Sequence record: MW822008.1
Direction: 5' to 3' (one strand)
Length of the DNA: 64,000 bases
The notes beneath the pieces are model-generated. The model saw nothing but the letters and a program-made list of their open reading frames with translations, did no database searches and had not been told where the DNA came from. The stretch's first letter is position 1. Each line of letters starts with the position of its first letter. Shown one piece after another: positions 43,618-54,188 of the stretch. A program made the position numbers and the translations under genes.

Positions 43618-43980
43618 ATGAACACATTAAGTATTACATACTATACAACTAAAAAATTAGTTACTTGTTTAATATCATTGAAGACAAATCATGATGATAT
43701 GTTTGATATGGCTGCATATGAATTAGAATTATCAGAAGATGGCTTCAAGAGCTATGAAGTATATAGCTATGTTCGTGAAGATGTAATTGACACTACACTA
43801 ATGCAAGAGGATGAGTTATTCCAAGAAAGTTTAGTATGGGATAATAAGTACGATTGTAACTTTGATTTCTTATGTTTAATCCAGAAAGAAATGAAAAGAA
43901 TCTTTGATAATTATCCAGTGAAGAGATTGAGTACTGGACCGGAGCAGTACAGGAGAATTTTATTCCGTTATGAAGACTGA
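43618..43980 (+). CDS. Family B paralog
   Basis: EDELFQESLVWD. Confidence 0.85.
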   Translation: MNTLSITYYTTKKLVTCLISLKTNHDDMFDMAAYELELSEDGFKSYEVYSYVREDVIDTTLMQEDELFQESLVWDNKYDCNFDFLCLIQKEMKRIFDNYPVKRLSTGPEQYRRILFRYED

Positions 43981-44305
43981 ATTAGTGAAAGTAATGTACG
44001 CTACTCATATTAAACTACTACTTGTGAAATTTGATTATAATAAAAAACATAATGATTTCTATACTTTAATTCGTGATGAAAATACATTCTCCTTGCGATG
44101 CAACAATATACCGTTGAAGATAAATGATTTTACTTCACTTGACGAGGGTGAATTATTTCAAGAATCATTAGTTTTTAATAGTAATATAAAAATTGATATA
44201 GAAGTTATTAAAAAATACCAGATTTTATTGAACAAAATTATGAATTGTTATCCATGTGAAATAGGTGGTCATATGCAGTTCAAATCAAAAATGTATGAAT
44301 TATGA
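43970..44305 (+). CDS. Family B paralog
   Basis: EGELFQESLVFN. Confidence 0.85.
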   Translation: MKTELVKVMYATHIKLLLVKFDYNKKHNDFYTLIRDENTFSLRCNNIPLKINDFTSLDEGELFQESLVFNSNIKIDIEVIKKYQILLNKIMNCYPCEIGGHMQFKSKMYEL

Positions 44306-44312
44306 GGTTTAT

Positions 44313-44849
44313 ATGTTAGATGAAAAAATGAACAATGGAACACAATATAATCATCTTAAGTTAGATACATTCGAATCAGCTATCAGTACTGCACAAGATA
44401 TAATTGATATTATCAAGTTCATTAAAGAAAATAAGTTCAAATGTTTGAAAATACTAAATCGTTCAATGTACCGTGATAACAATATTCATGTATCAGTACG
44501 TAGACCGAAAGATAAAGAAAGTGGGAGAGATTTCTATAACAACAGTGAGCAGTTCGAATGTGAATATGATCCAGAATTCAGAGGCGGTTTCATGTGTTAC
44601 TGTATAAAGGATACCTCACACATTGAGATACGTTCATCGAAAGGTGGCATACGTACATTAGAGTTCATTGATATAGTTTTAAATCAGGAATACTACTTTC
44701 AACTATCATTGTTGTTTCCTGCATACGATTTAGGAGTTCTATTCATGTATAAGTACTTTTATGAGCACTGGAATGAAGACTTCTATCTGGACTTAGAAGA
44801 TTACCAATTAGTTTGGAAAGAAATGGTAGAACTTCGCAACCCATCTTGA
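44313..44849 (+). CDS. Family B paralog
   Basis: QEYYFQLSLLF; start trimmed to ATG after GAGG. Confidence 0.8.
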   Translation: MLDEKMNNGTQYNHLKLDTFESAISTAQDIIDIIKFIKENKFKCLKILNRSMYRDNNIHVSVRRPKDKESGRDFYNNSEQFECEYDPEFRGGFMCYCIKDTSHIEIRSSKGGIRTLEFIDIVLNQEYYFQLSLLFPAYDLGVLFMYKYFYEHWNEDFYLDLEDYQLVWKEMVELRNPS

Positions 44850-44875
44850 CACCCTCCGATTCTTTGTGATATAAT
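44846..44875 (+). promoter_or_regulatory. sigma70 promoter
   Basis: TTGACA-18-TGnTATAAT. Confidence 0.75.
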
Positions 44876-44908
44876 CTCTTTATATTAATTGTAAAGGGTT
44901 ATATCACA

Positions 44909-45385
44909 ATGTCCAAAGACCTATCATTTAGCAATGCACAAAAAATAGCAAAAGACATTATCAGGGTTTATAAATTCCTTGCGAATGTTACTGAAGATTT
45001 TTTCGTGGGGGAACATAAAGTTATTAAACGAAATGGATACCTTTCCTTTATGGATGGGTTACTCTATAGTTCAGATGAATCAACTTGTAGCATTAGAGTA
45101 CTTGATGAAGTACCAAGTGGTGATTTTATTTCATACCATTTTCCAAGTTCAGATAATTTCAAATACTACAATCATCTTCTTATAAATGAAGCATTTGATA
45201 CGATTGTAATTAACACTGAAGAAGAGTTCTTCCAGTACAGTACTGTGTATCCAGAGAGGATTGTTTTCAGTTCAGTGATTTACACTGCCCTTAAAAATGA
45301 ACTAAATTCCGATAGTGATCATTACTACTTGGACCTGAACAATGTCGATTGTATTATTGAGTACATGGAGAAAAATGGTTTATGA
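44909..45385 (+). CDS. Family B paralog
   Basis: EEEFFQYSTVY. Confidence 0.85.
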   Translation: MSKDLSFSNAQKIAKDIIRVYKFLANVTEDFFVGEHKVIKRNGYLSFMDGLLYSSDESTCSIRVLDEVPSGDFISYHFPSSDNFKYYNHLLINEAFDTIVINTEEEFFQYSTVYPERIVFSSVIYTALKNELNSDSDHYYLDLNNVDCIIEYMEKNGL

Positions 45386-45876
45386 TTACTACAGAATATG
45401 ATTACTATGGTGTTTTAGAATTTACAGAAAATATCTATCGCATTGCAAAGGAGTTCAGAAGTCCTAAGCCTTTTGGTGGTATGTTTCAATACGATGAGTT
45501 CAGTTCATCTAAAGGAAGACTAGCATTTACTAATGTTAGAGGTAATCAAATCTACGCGGAGTACTTTGATGATAATGACTTTCATTACAAAGCCGAATAC
45601 ATTTCATATTGCCCTGGGTCTGATTTGAAGATTAATATTGATACCTTTAGAGATTCAGTGCTTGTCCCTTATAGTGAGTTAGTTTTCATGACAGAAGAAA
45701 TGTACTTTCAAGAGTCTTGTATTCATGATGTAAAAGTACTTAATGCTATGTTATTTTATGGTGCACTACTTCATCATTACAAATACAAACAACGATTCTT
45801 TTTAGATTTAGTAGTATACTATAAATGCGTGGATTATTTGAATGCAAAATACGACAACAATTCAGTACATGACTGA
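45382..45876 (+). CDS. Family B paralog
   Basis: EEMYFQESCIHD. Confidence 0.85.
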   Translation: MITTEYDYYGVLEFTENIYRIAKEFRSPKPFGGMFQYDEFSSSKGRLAFTNVRGNQIYAEYFDDNDFHYKAEYISYCPGSDLKINIDTFRDSVLVPYSELVFMTEEMYFQESCIHDVKVLNAMLFYGALLHHYKYKQRFFLDLVVYYKCVDYLNAKYDNNSVHD

Positions 45877-46204
45877 TGGTACTGAATACTTTGTTTCAAG
45901 ATATGTAATCAACCACAACCATTATGTAACCTATATTCCAGAGTACAATCAATTTTATATCCAGATTTATCAAAATAATGGAAAGATAAATGATATATAT
46001 TCAGAAATAAAAATCCCTGATTATAGTACTTTATCAGAAGAGGAATTATTTCAGGAGAGCACTATCAGTACTGAAGATGTGTACGAAATAATGGAATACC
46101 AGAAGGTACTTAAACATTTTCATGAAGCAAATGATATACAAATCGATATTGTTAAACCGTGGTGTTACAATACATATGAGGTAAATTATGTTAGAAATGA
46201 TTAA
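45842..46204 (+). CDS. Family B paralog
   Basis: EEELFQESTI. Confidence 0.85.
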   Translation: MQNTTTIQYMTDGTEYFVSRYVINHNHYVTYIPEYNQFYIQIYQNNGKINDIYSEIKIPDYSTLSEEELFQESTISTEDVYEIMEYQKVLKHFHEANDIQIDIVKPWCYNTYEVNYVRND

Positions 46205-46601
46205 AATTATGCAACGCTGTCTTGTTGATCAACACGGGGTATATGGATATCGTTTAAGTGCTCCTATTGACAAAAATAAAACAACCTATGTAAGCTATAA
46301 TGCTGTACAAGGATTTGATATATTCATTAGTACTAATTATCAAATCAAACAAGCGAAAGATGTGTCTATAATGACCCCTGATGAGTTATTTCAGTACAGC
46401 TTAGTCTTTCCTACATGTATCGATTTACAACGTCTAGGAGCGATACAGAAGGTTTTACGCGAACATAAAGTACAACCCAATAAAGTCACACACATTCCAG
46501 AAACAATCTTCAAAACCATAGAAGTAGAAACTCCTGATTATATGTTAAGTGATGATGAGTACTACGAGAAACACTTCCCTGGTAAAGTTTGGAGAGACTA
46601 A
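46188..46601 (+). CDS. Family B paralog
   Basis: DELFQYSLVF. Confidence 0.85.
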   Translation: MLEMIKIMQRCLVDQHGVYGYRLSAPIDKNKTTYVSYNAVQGFDIFISTNYQIKQAKDVSIMTPDELFQYSLVFPTCIDLQRLGAIQKVLREHKVQPNKVTHIPETIFKTIEVETPDYMLSDDEYYEKHFPGKVWRD

Positions 46602-47083
46602 TGAACCGAAAGTACAGAGAAACTATGAAGTTCGCTAAGGAGTGTTTAGAGACAGTTGATTTCATTTTCGATAACAAAGACTCACTGGGTCATCACTTCG
46701 TAATTACAAAGAAAGAAGATAAGAGATACAAGTGTGAAAGATTAGGATACAGTATTGAGTTCTCCTTAATGATTGATGGAATGATAAACTCCTTATATGA
46801 ATGTGGTAAGACTGATTACCTTTCATTTAGATCATGGAGTGAAGGTATCATGTTCTTGAGAACAAATGGAGTTTTATATCCGTTTCTTGATGATTTATCA
46901 GAAGAAAGTTACTTTCAAAATAGTTTAATTTACACAGAAAAAGAACTCAAAATGCTATTCATTATGTCGTACTTTAAAAAGTACTGCAAATTTAATACAT
47001 TATCTTTTGAGATTTCTGCAATGAAAGTATTCATTAAAAATGTAAAAGAATTAAAGAGGGCTTTTAATGTACATAGAAAATGA
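46601..47083 (+). CDS. Family B paralog
   Basis: EESYFQNSLIY. Confidence 0.85.
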   Translation: MNRKYRETMKFAKECLETVDFIFDNKDSLGHHFVITKKEDKRYKCERLGYSIEFSLMIDGMINSLYECGKTDYLSFRSWSEGIMFLRTNGVLYPFLDDLSEESYFQNSLIYTEKELKMLFIMSYFKKYCKFNTLSFEISAMKVFIKNVKELKRAFNVHRK

Positions 47084-47609
47084 GAATGTAAAATGCATTA
47101 CTGACATTTGTATAAAATTAATGAAAATTTTCATTAACCCAAAATACAAGACTCGTTCTTTACGTCATAATATTGATGAGCATTGTACCATTAATATACT
47201 AGGTAGTATTCTTGATGTAAAATATGATGGTAAAATGTTATTCGGTATAAGAGAAGAGAAGATAGATGATGCATTCTTTTCTTCTAAAGATAAATTTGAA
47301 CCTTCTGATTATAAAGTGATTATTCGTGATGATAGCATCTATATTAGTAGTGATTATTCAAATTACTTCGATAAAATATACACTGAAAACGTTGACTACC
47401 ATTATGAAATGATAGATTTACCAGTAACAGACATTGATATGGAGAGAATCAAATTTTCATTATCAGATAATGAGTACTTAGGTATACAAACATATTATTC
47501 ACTACAAGGAAAGATTCCACCTGCTATGTATATAAGGATTGAGATTGGTAATGTATTCAATGATAAGGTTATATCAATTGCTGATAAAATATTGGGGGTT
47601 GAATTATGA
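47067..47609 (+). CDS. Family B paralog (divergent)
   Basis: ERIKFSLS at the equivalent position. Confidence 0.6.
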   Translation: MYIENENVKCITDICIKLMKIFINPKYKTRSLRHNIDEHCTINILGSILDVKYDGKMLFGIREEKIDDAFFSSKDKFEPSDYKVIIRDDSIYISSDYSNYFDKIYTENVDYHYEMIDLPVTDIDMERIKFSLSDNEYLGIQTYYSLQGKIPPAMYIRIEIGNVFNDKVISIADKILGVEL

Positions 47610-48169
47610 ATATCAATGATTACCAATTTCATAGGCTTGAATTTCGTCATTGTGTTGCATTTGCAAAAACATTGATGTGCATCATTGACACTCTTTCATC
47701 CAAACAATTTCGTAAGGATAATGATTTATTTCTGAAAAAAGGTCGTGTAACATCAACCGATATCGGTATTGAACTATTTGTTGATATCAGTGTTGATACC
47801 GGAGACAGTACAAGGGTTGGTTGTATAGGTCATATTGGTACACATTGCTTCACATGGAATCCAAATACAAGTCAAGTACGAATTGATTATAGAAATTCAC
47901 GTTGGGTTGATCTTAGTACTGAATCAGATTTAGAATCAGCTATGTTCCAGCTAAGTTTAATTCACAATCCTAATGAACTTCTTTACATTATTACTTTCAG
48001 TTATCTGTTACAAAACTACAATAAACCATCAGGTTTTTTTATAGAATCAGATATAGATGAAATTATGGAAGAGATTCCCAGTTTAAAGGATATTCTGGAA
48101 GAAAAAGATTTCTATGAAGACTTAAGAGATTTATACGACATGCACTTGGAGTTATTTAAGAATGGATAA
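47606..48169 (+). CDS. Family B paralog
   Basis: ESAMFQLSLIHN. Confidence 0.85.
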   Translation: MNINDYQFHRLEFRHCVAFAKTLMCIIDTLSSKQFRKDNDLFLKKGRVTSTDIGIELFVDISVDTGDSTRVGCIGHIGTHCFTWNPNTSQVRIDYRNSRWVDLSTESDLESAMFQLSLIHNPNELLYIITFSYLLQNYNKPSGFFIESDIDEIMEEIPSLKDILEEKDFYEDLRDLYDMHLELFKNG

Positions 48170-48680
48170 AGATGATATTCTAATTAGACTAATTAATAGT
48201 TTAATAAAGTTCTCAAATAATGATGTCGATACATACAAAGTAGGGGATATTGAATACAAATCATTTGGTATGTACGGTGAGGATAAAACATATTATGCGT
48301 CAATGAAATTTCAAGATTTTCACGAGATGTTAATATCGTTATCATATGAAGATGTTGATCCAAGATGGAGTTCCAGTATTTCACTATCGAGAATGGTAAT
48401 TCGTAGTAAGCATCGTTATATTTCGTCAAAGAATACTCCTAACTTGATTAATATTGTGTTGAATGAAAATACAAATCCCCTATCTAAACATGATATCGTA
48501 CCGTTAACCGATGAAGTTCTTTTTCAATTGAGTACCATTTGTGATGAAGATGTGATATCATGTATGAAAATTTATGAGAAGGTTGGGAGTGATATTCCTA
48601 TGAACTATTACCTAACTATAGATGGAACGTACCTTCGAGATGATGTTTTAGCGTACATTGACAGTGTTTTACCAAAATAA
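48162..48680 (+). CDS. Family B paralog
   Basis: DEVLFQLSTICD. Confidence 0.85.
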   Translation: MDKDDILIRLINSLIKFSNNDVDTYKVGDIEYKSFGMYGEDKTYYASMKFQDFHEMLISLSYEDVDPRWSSSISLSRMVIRSKHRYISSKNTPNLINIVLNENTNPLSKHDIVPLTDEVLFQLSTICDEDVISCMKIYEKVGSDIPMNYYLTIDGTYLRDDVLAYIDSVLPK

Positions 48681-48700
48681 AGACCCGTATGGGTCTTTTT
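48679..48700 (+). terminator. Intrinsic terminator
   Basis: AAAGACCC-GTAT-GGGTCTTT plus T. Confidence 0.8.
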
Positions 48701-48711
48701 GTGTTTATGGC

Positions 48712-48740
48712 TTTACAAGAGCATTCAGGTGTGTTATACT
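48712..48740 (+). promoter_or_regulatory. sigma70 promoter
   Basis: TTTACA-17-TGnTATACT. Confidence 0.7.
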
Positions 48741-48767
48741 TGATTTTAACTAGAGTTGGAGGAATCT

Positions 48768-49334
48768 ATGAGTACTGAATTAATTAAAGAAGTCACATTA
48801 CTTCTGAAGCATTGTTTTAAGTTCATTCCTGATACTGGCTCACGCCAGTACATTAAAGTTAATGAGAAATATAACATCAATATCCTTGTATCTGAAACTG
48901 CGAGCAGTTATGCAAACATTGAGTTGGATTCTGAAGAAAAATATACAGTATTACAAATCATAGCAGATGTACAACGTAAACAAGATTATCGTTCTTCATT
49001 TTACAACGATCATCTGTGTGTTTGCTCAAACTTCAGTGAGAATAAAATTGTGTATAAGAATTTATACACACATGAAGTGATTGATACATATAATTATAAA
49101 ATTTCATCTGATGAATACAATGTTCTAATGTTCAACGCAAACCTTTTGTATGATGCCAGTACTGTACGCTGTTTAGAGTTAGCATATAAAATTCCAAAGA
49201 TCATGGAAAGAAAAGATTTGATTCACTTTAAAACTATTTTAAAATACAGTACAAAAGAATTAGAGGATTTAGTACAGGCTCTTAAGAATTTCATTAATGA
49301 ACATGTACCTGTTAAATTCGAGGATGCACAATGA
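48768..49334 (+). CDS. Family B paralog (divergent)
   Basis: VLMFNANLLYD; GGAGG RBS. Confidence 0.7.
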   Translation: MSTELIKEVTLLLKHCFKFIPDTGSRQYIKVNEKYNINILVSETASSYANIELDSEEKYTVLQIIADVQRKQDYRSSFYNDHLCVCSNFSENKIVYKNLYTHEVIDTYNYKISSDEYNVLMFNANLLYDASTVRCLELAYKIPKIMERKDLIHFKTILKYSTKELEDLVQALKNFINEHVPVKFEDAQ

Positions 49335-49915
49335 ACCATATCAGAACTAAAATTTTGAGACTCATGCATGACATTGCAGAACTTTCAGAGATTCATGACA
49401 TTACAGAAATTGTTGAATTTGATAATTATCGACTGAAAATTGAAAACAAATCCAAACATCGTTTTGGTTCAGTTCAGTTGGATGTATATAAAACTTATGA
49501 ATTTTCTAAAAAAATTAAAAGTTCATGGGATACGATTACTATGTACATTCGCACATCCAGAAATCGTGAACGTATTGGTTCTATTTCTTCTAATATGGTA
49601 TTTGCGAATGCATTACATGAAAAAATGAATAAAATTGTAGAATCTGATTTCAGTGAAGATGATGGTTTTATTGGGTTGGATGTTCCACCAGAATTAGACC
49701 AAAGTGAAGATATTCGAGATGCATTCATTTTCCAGAAATCATTGTTGGACAATTACAAAGAATTCGAGTACTTAATGCTTTGTTACGATACTGCAAAAGT
49801 TCTTGATTGTGGTGAACTAGTTATGTACAATGATTTTATCAATTACAAGACTGATGTTCTGAATACACTACTTCAAAATATAGAATCGGTTAAGGAAAAA
49901 TATGAACGCTTATAG
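49331..49915 (+). CDS. Family B paralog
   Basis: AFIFQKSLLD. Confidence 0.8.
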   Translation: MNHIRTKILRLMHDIAELSEIHDITEIVEFDNYRLKIENKSKHRFGSVQLDVYKTYEFSKKIKSSWDTITMYIRTSRNRERIGSISSNMVFANALHEKMNKIVESDFSEDDGFIGLDVPPELDQSEDIRDAFIFQKSLLDNYKEFEYLMLCYDTAKVLDCGELVMYNDFINYKTDVLNTLLQNIESVKEKYERL

Positions 49916-50483
49916 TTATATGACAGAACGCCATCAGTTATTATATGATATCAGTAAAAAAATGCTATCAATTGTTGGTAGTGCGAAAGAAATTGAAAAA
50001 CAATATCTCATCCGTGATGTATCAATTTCATCCAAATGTTGGTCAAATGAATATTACGACCACGGTATTCTTACTATTTCTGGGGCCAGAAATATTTGTA
50101 TTGTAAAAAATAAAAGTAAAAGTAATGAAGAGTGTGAGATTAGAACCGATATACAAATTAAGGATGATGGAAGTTTTTCACATCACCCATTCCATATTAG
50201 TACTATTGGTGTTTTATATAATATTAAAGTACTATTCGGTGATGAAGAGTATGTGTTAAAAGCTATCAATCCAGATTCAAGTACAGTTGAAGAAGAACTG
50301 TTCCAGATGAGCACTGTTATACCTGAAGAGGTTCTTAGTACTGTTGTTTTTTGTAGTTTAATTTATCATACATACAAAAAGAACCAATTCGATTTCCACA
50401 TTTTAGGAACGTACATCTTCAATACTTTGAATGTTGATCGTTTAAAAGCATTAAATGCAGCAATGGATAAGGTGCTACAATGA
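49902..50483 (+). CDS. Family B paralog
   Basis: EEELFQMSTVI. Confidence 0.85.
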   Translation: MNAYSYMTERHQLLYDISKKMLSIVGSAKEIEKQYLIRDVSISSKCWSNEYYDHGILTISGARNICIVKNKSKSNEECEIRTDIQIKDDGSFSHHPFHISTIGVLYNIKVLFGDEEYVLKAINPDSSTVEEELFQMSTVIPEEVLSTVVFCSLIYHTYKKNQFDFHILGTYIFNTLNVDRLKALNAAMDKVLQ

Positions 50484-50908
50484 CAAGAGATGATTGTTTG
50501 TACATATGGGATATAATTGAAACTACACTTTCAAATCCAGAAAATTATAAAACAAAAAAAAGACAACGACACAAAATATGGATAGATTTGTTCGTTGAGG
50601 GCATACACGCAGTGACTATTTGGGATTCACCGAGGGCATCAGCATCTACTCTATTGGACAATGAATGCATTGATTGCATTAATTCCACTTTTCATCTCTA
50701 CGGTACTACATTTTTCGGTACATTTCTGGATATTGAAAGTAAAGATGATATTGATTCACTTGCGTTACAATACCAAGTACTGTATAATACTAAATTAATT
50801 TACGATTTAGTACTAGCTTCTTATGTGTATAAATTAATGATGAAATATAATCATATTTCTGTTTCAGTTTATACTAAGGATATTCTTTCATTAAGAGACA
50901 AAACATGA
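50480..50908 (+). CDS. Family B paralog (divergent)
   Basis: SLALQYQVLYN. Confidence 0.6.
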   Translation: MTRDDCLYIWDIIETTLSNPENYKTKKRQRHKIWIDLFVEGIHAVTIWDSPRASASTLLDNECIDCINSTFHLYGTTFFGTFLDIESKDDIDSLALQYQVLYNTKLIYDLVLASYVYKLMMKYNHISVSVYTKDILSLRDKT

Positions 50909-51414
50909 GTTTATTAAATGCACGCGAATTAGTTGAGATGTATGAGATTTTGTCTTCATATAAAAATTCTCATGGAGATGTGATTCTCGACAAAAAGTTC
51001 CATGTCAGTGTTGAACATATATCAAATATAGATATGATTTCTTTGGTGGAAAGTGATAAGTCAGGTCTTGAACGCGATATCATGCGTTTGATTTATATTC
51101 CCAAACCATCATATACTAATGATAGTTCAATTAGTAATGAGACATTCATGTATAGTCCTGGTACGGATTCTACTATAGTATCGCTGTCCAATAAATCAAT
51201 GGGTACTTTCCAATTCATCTATACCAGTACTGATAACATTGAAGAAATTGAATTTCAAAACAATACATTAAGTCCATGTAGTAGTGTTATAACCTTTATG
51301 TCATATCTATGGTCAACTAAAACAAGTGCTGTTGTATATAGTTCAAATTATACACAAGATAGTATTGTTGAATCATATAAAGTTCTAAAGGAATACTATG
51401 AAAATAACAAATGA
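50905..51414 (+). CDS. Family B paralog
   Basis: EEIEFQNNTL. Confidence 0.75.
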   Translation: MSLLNARELVEMYEILSSYKNSHGDVILDKKFHVSVEHISNIDMISLVESDKSGLERDIMRLIYIPKPSYTNDSSISNETFMYSPGTDSTIVSLSNKSMGTFQFIYTSTDNIEEIEFQNNTLSPCSSVITFMSYLWSTKTSAVVYSSNYTQDSIVESYKVLKEYYENNK

Positions 51415-51979
51415 TTTTATTAAAAGTGTAGTACACCCTATGCTTAGTATTATGAAAAAAATACAGAATCTACCGGAAGATAACGATTACAAGTTTAATC
51501 GTTTTGATTCAGATGTGTTTTGTATTGAAATTGAAATTAATAACAATCGCAATTTACATTTAAAATTCAAAGAATCGTCAAGTCCGTACTACAACTTTGA
51601 TATGAATTTTAAAATAGATACTGACATTGAAGAAAACGTAATATCAAATCATACTAGCAAAAATGGTTTTATGCATAGAACTACTATGTACAATAATAAA
51701 AATAGTATTATATCTAAATGGAATCATCAATTCACTAAAATTTGTGAAATTGAATATAGTGATTTTGGTGAAGAGAATTACTTTCAGTTAAGTACAATTC
51801 ATGAACTTCCACCGTATGATTATGTTAAAACATGGTTTGATATTCATAATATAATTGATGATGCAATCAAACTTCCATTTGGTGTGTCAATATCATATAC
51901 TGCTCCTAAAACATTTGTTTTTACTGAAGATATGATTATGAAAAAGATATGGGCAATTATCCCACTTATGATGGATTAA
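51398..51979 (+). CDS. Family B paralog
   Basis: EENYFQLSTIHE. Confidence 0.85.
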   Translation: MKITNDFIKSVVHPMLSIMKKIQNLPEDNDYKFNRFDSDVFCIEIEINNNRNLHLKFKESSSPYYNFDMNFKIDTDIEENVISNHTSKNGFMHRTTMYNNKNSIISKWNHQFTKICEIEYSDFGEENYFQLSTIHELPPYDYVKTWFDIHNIIDDAIKLPFGVSISYTAPKTFVFTEDMIMKKIWAIIPLMMD

Positions 51980-51984
51980 ATTCG

Positions 51985-52022
51985 TACCAGGGGTTGACTC
52001 TGGTATTTTTGTATGATACATT
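51985..52022 (+). terminator. Terminator hairpin overlapping a promoter
   Basis: TACCAG/CTGGTA stem plus T5; TTGACT-17-TGnTACATT starts in the loop. Confidence 0.6.
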
Positions 52023-52040
52023 GTCCTAAAGGAGAATTTT

Positions 52041-52592
52041 ATGAACTACAATCATGATCTTTTTACATTATGTGCATCCAAATGTGTTGATGGATGGACA
52101 GATAAAATCAATACCATAATTCATCGATATCTGGTCTTTAGTTCTCGTGCACGAAGTGAGGGGGCTATGGATTTCAAATATACACTATCTATTGATGGTG
52201 TAACTATCCATGCAGACGAAGAACGTCTGAGCATTAATTTGTATGATTCCTGTGTATTTGCTATTCACCAAAAGATGGGGAAAGGATGGGGTTGTAATAA
52301 CATTAACTCAAAAGCTATCTTTTGGGTTGGTCACCACCAGACAGTACTTGATCCTTCAATCAAATCTAATCTTTTATCCGATAATATGGTTTATGATTTA
52401 TTGTACTCCGAAGAACAACATTTTCAGTTAAGTACATTACATGATCTGGCACAGTACGAGGATTGTTACAAAACATTAGAACTATGCCATTCCCTTGAAC
52501 TTAAAGATAAATTGATACAAGTTTACCCTTCATTCTTTCATGAAGAAGTACAAAGTACACTAGATCATATTTTATATGGATACGATAAATGA
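52041..52592 (+). CDS. Family B paralog
   Basis: EEQHFQLSTLHD. Confidence 0.85.
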   Translation: MNYNHDLFTLCASKCVDGWTDKINTIIHRYLVFSSRARSEGAMDFKYTLSIDGVTIHADEERLSINLYDSCVFAIHQKMGKGWGCNNINSKAIFWVGHHQTVLDPSIKSNLLSDNMVYDLLYSEEQHFQLSTLHDLAQYEDCYKTLELCHSLELKDKLIQVYPSFFHEEVQSTLDHILYGYDK

Positions 52593-53191
52593 GAAAAAGT
52601 TATCAAGAAGCTATTGACTTAATTCGTGAAGTTATCAAGGTGGCTCCTGCTGCTATTGAGTTCAAGAAGTCCATATACAAGAAGTATGGTTCAATGTCGA
52701 GTATGTGCTTTCAAAAGAAACGTAGAGCATTCACTACCCAGTACTGGAATGATTCTATCATCCTGAGCAATGAGACTCAGCGTATTTTAACACTAGAATC
52801 TGAACCTAATGAGTACGGGGAAGGGAACATTTGTGTACCTGATTATGATGAAATTAACTTCAACTGCGGTGATTTTGAAACAACATTATTACTTCATGAG
52901 GGTTATCCAGAAGGTGATGTATTAGCTGAGTACAATCCAAAAACTAAAATTCTCAAAAGAGGAATCCAGTTCACTATTAATAACAAAGATGATGTTCAAG
53001 CAGCACTGATGCAACTGAGTACAAGTGAACCTATCACTATTAGTGTAGAAGAGTTATGGGGAATTATTTCAGTACTCAATGAGTGCTACAAAGTAAAATC
53101 ATTGCGTAAACACAGCATTATATTACATACCAATATGGCAAATATAAAATGTAAGCACATTCAAGAAATGGTGGTTCCAGATGGACTTTAA
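52589..53191 (+). CDS. Family B paralog (divergent)
   Basis: AALMQLSTS. Confidence 0.65.
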   Translation: MRKSYQEAIDLIREVIKVAPAAIEFKKSIYKKYGSMSSMCFQKKRRAFTTQYWNDSIILSNETQRILTLESEPNEYGEGNICVPDYDEINFNCGDFETTLLLHEGYPEGDVLAEYNPKTKILKRGIQFTINNKDDVQAALMQLSTSEPITISVEELWGIISVLNECYKVKSLRKHSIILHTNMANIKCKHIQEMVVPDGL

Positions 53192-53765
53192 AGAAATTGA
53201 AAGTAAATTAAAGTACTTCAAAGATATCAAACTTCTTTGGAAAAAGTATAAAGTTGATTACAATTTCAGTGATGATGAGACAATAAAATACATTGAGATT
53301 AATATCAAAATCAAGTTCAAGAATAATAATTATGGTGAAGTAACCTTAAATCATACTGGTATATCACTCAAGGACTATGATGGTACAACACTCGCATATT
53401 TTGACTTCACACCAGAACCAGGTGAAACACTACTTAGTGAGATAAATTCCTATGACATGGAAGTGTTCGGCGGGAATCCGTTACTGTTCCGACTTTCTGA
53501 AGAGTGGAGTGAAGAGTACTACACTTACAAAGATGGTGTAGTACTTGATATTCATGGAGAAGTTGTGAATGACTTGGAAGAACGTTTGTTCCAAGAATTG
53601 TGTGTTTCAAATACTTCATATGCATACAATCATATCCTTGACATGTTTGATTTATATAGTAAAATAGATGCTGAAATGAAGGCACATGGTATTCATTACC
53701 TTACAATTAACGACTATGCTCAACTCGAAACCGCTGTGAAAGCATTGACTAAAGTACTGAAATAG
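53181..53765 (+). CDS. Family B paralog
   Basis: EERLFQELCV. Confidence 0.8.
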   Translation: MDFKEIESKLKYFKDIKLLWKKYKVDYNFSDDETIKYIEINIKIKFKNNNYGEVTLNHTGISLKDYDGTTLAYFDFTPEPGETLLSEINSYDMEVFGGNPLLFRLSEEWSEEYYTYKDGVVLDIHGEVVNDLEERLFQELCVSNTSYAYNHILDMFDLYSKIDAEMKAHGIHYLTINDYAQLETAVKALTKVLK

Positions 53766-53774
53766 GAATGAAAT

Positions 53775-54188
53775 ATGAAACTGTATCATGCGAGTACTGT
53801 AAAAATTGATAACTTTTATATCCCGTATGGTGGTCTTCATATGGGAGGTAAACACAGTGCTTTGGAAGCTGCATTACGCAAGCTGAGAAGCCCACTGAAC
53901 GTAGTAGACGCATGTACAGTATACTTGCATACCTTAGAAGTTGATGTTGATAACGTGCTTCTGTGTGAAGATTTAGGCAGTGATGATGAGTGGCGTTCAC
54001 TTATTGAGAATTGCACTGCTCAAGGTTATGATGCTGTTCAGTACAAAAATGATTACGAGCCAGACAATGTTCCTAGCTTTATGATTTGGGATGCATCTAA
54101 AGTTCGCATCATTGAAGTTGATGCTATGCATATGGATGAAGCTGAAATGATTATCGAAGATTTTCTTGATGAATATGAAGGTGTATAA
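53775..54188 (+). CDS. ADP-ribosyltransferase-fold protein (tentative, ART-PolyVal-like)
   Basis: LYHAS strand, GLHMG, GYDAVQYKNDYE..S..IWD. Confidence 0.5.
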   Translation: MKLYHASTVKIDNFYIPYGGLHMGGKHSALEAALRKLRSPLNVVDACTVYLHTLEVDVDNVLLCEDLGSDDEWRSLIENCTAQGYDAVQYKNDYEPDNVPSFMIWDASKVRIIEVDAMHMDEAEMIIEDFLDEYEGV

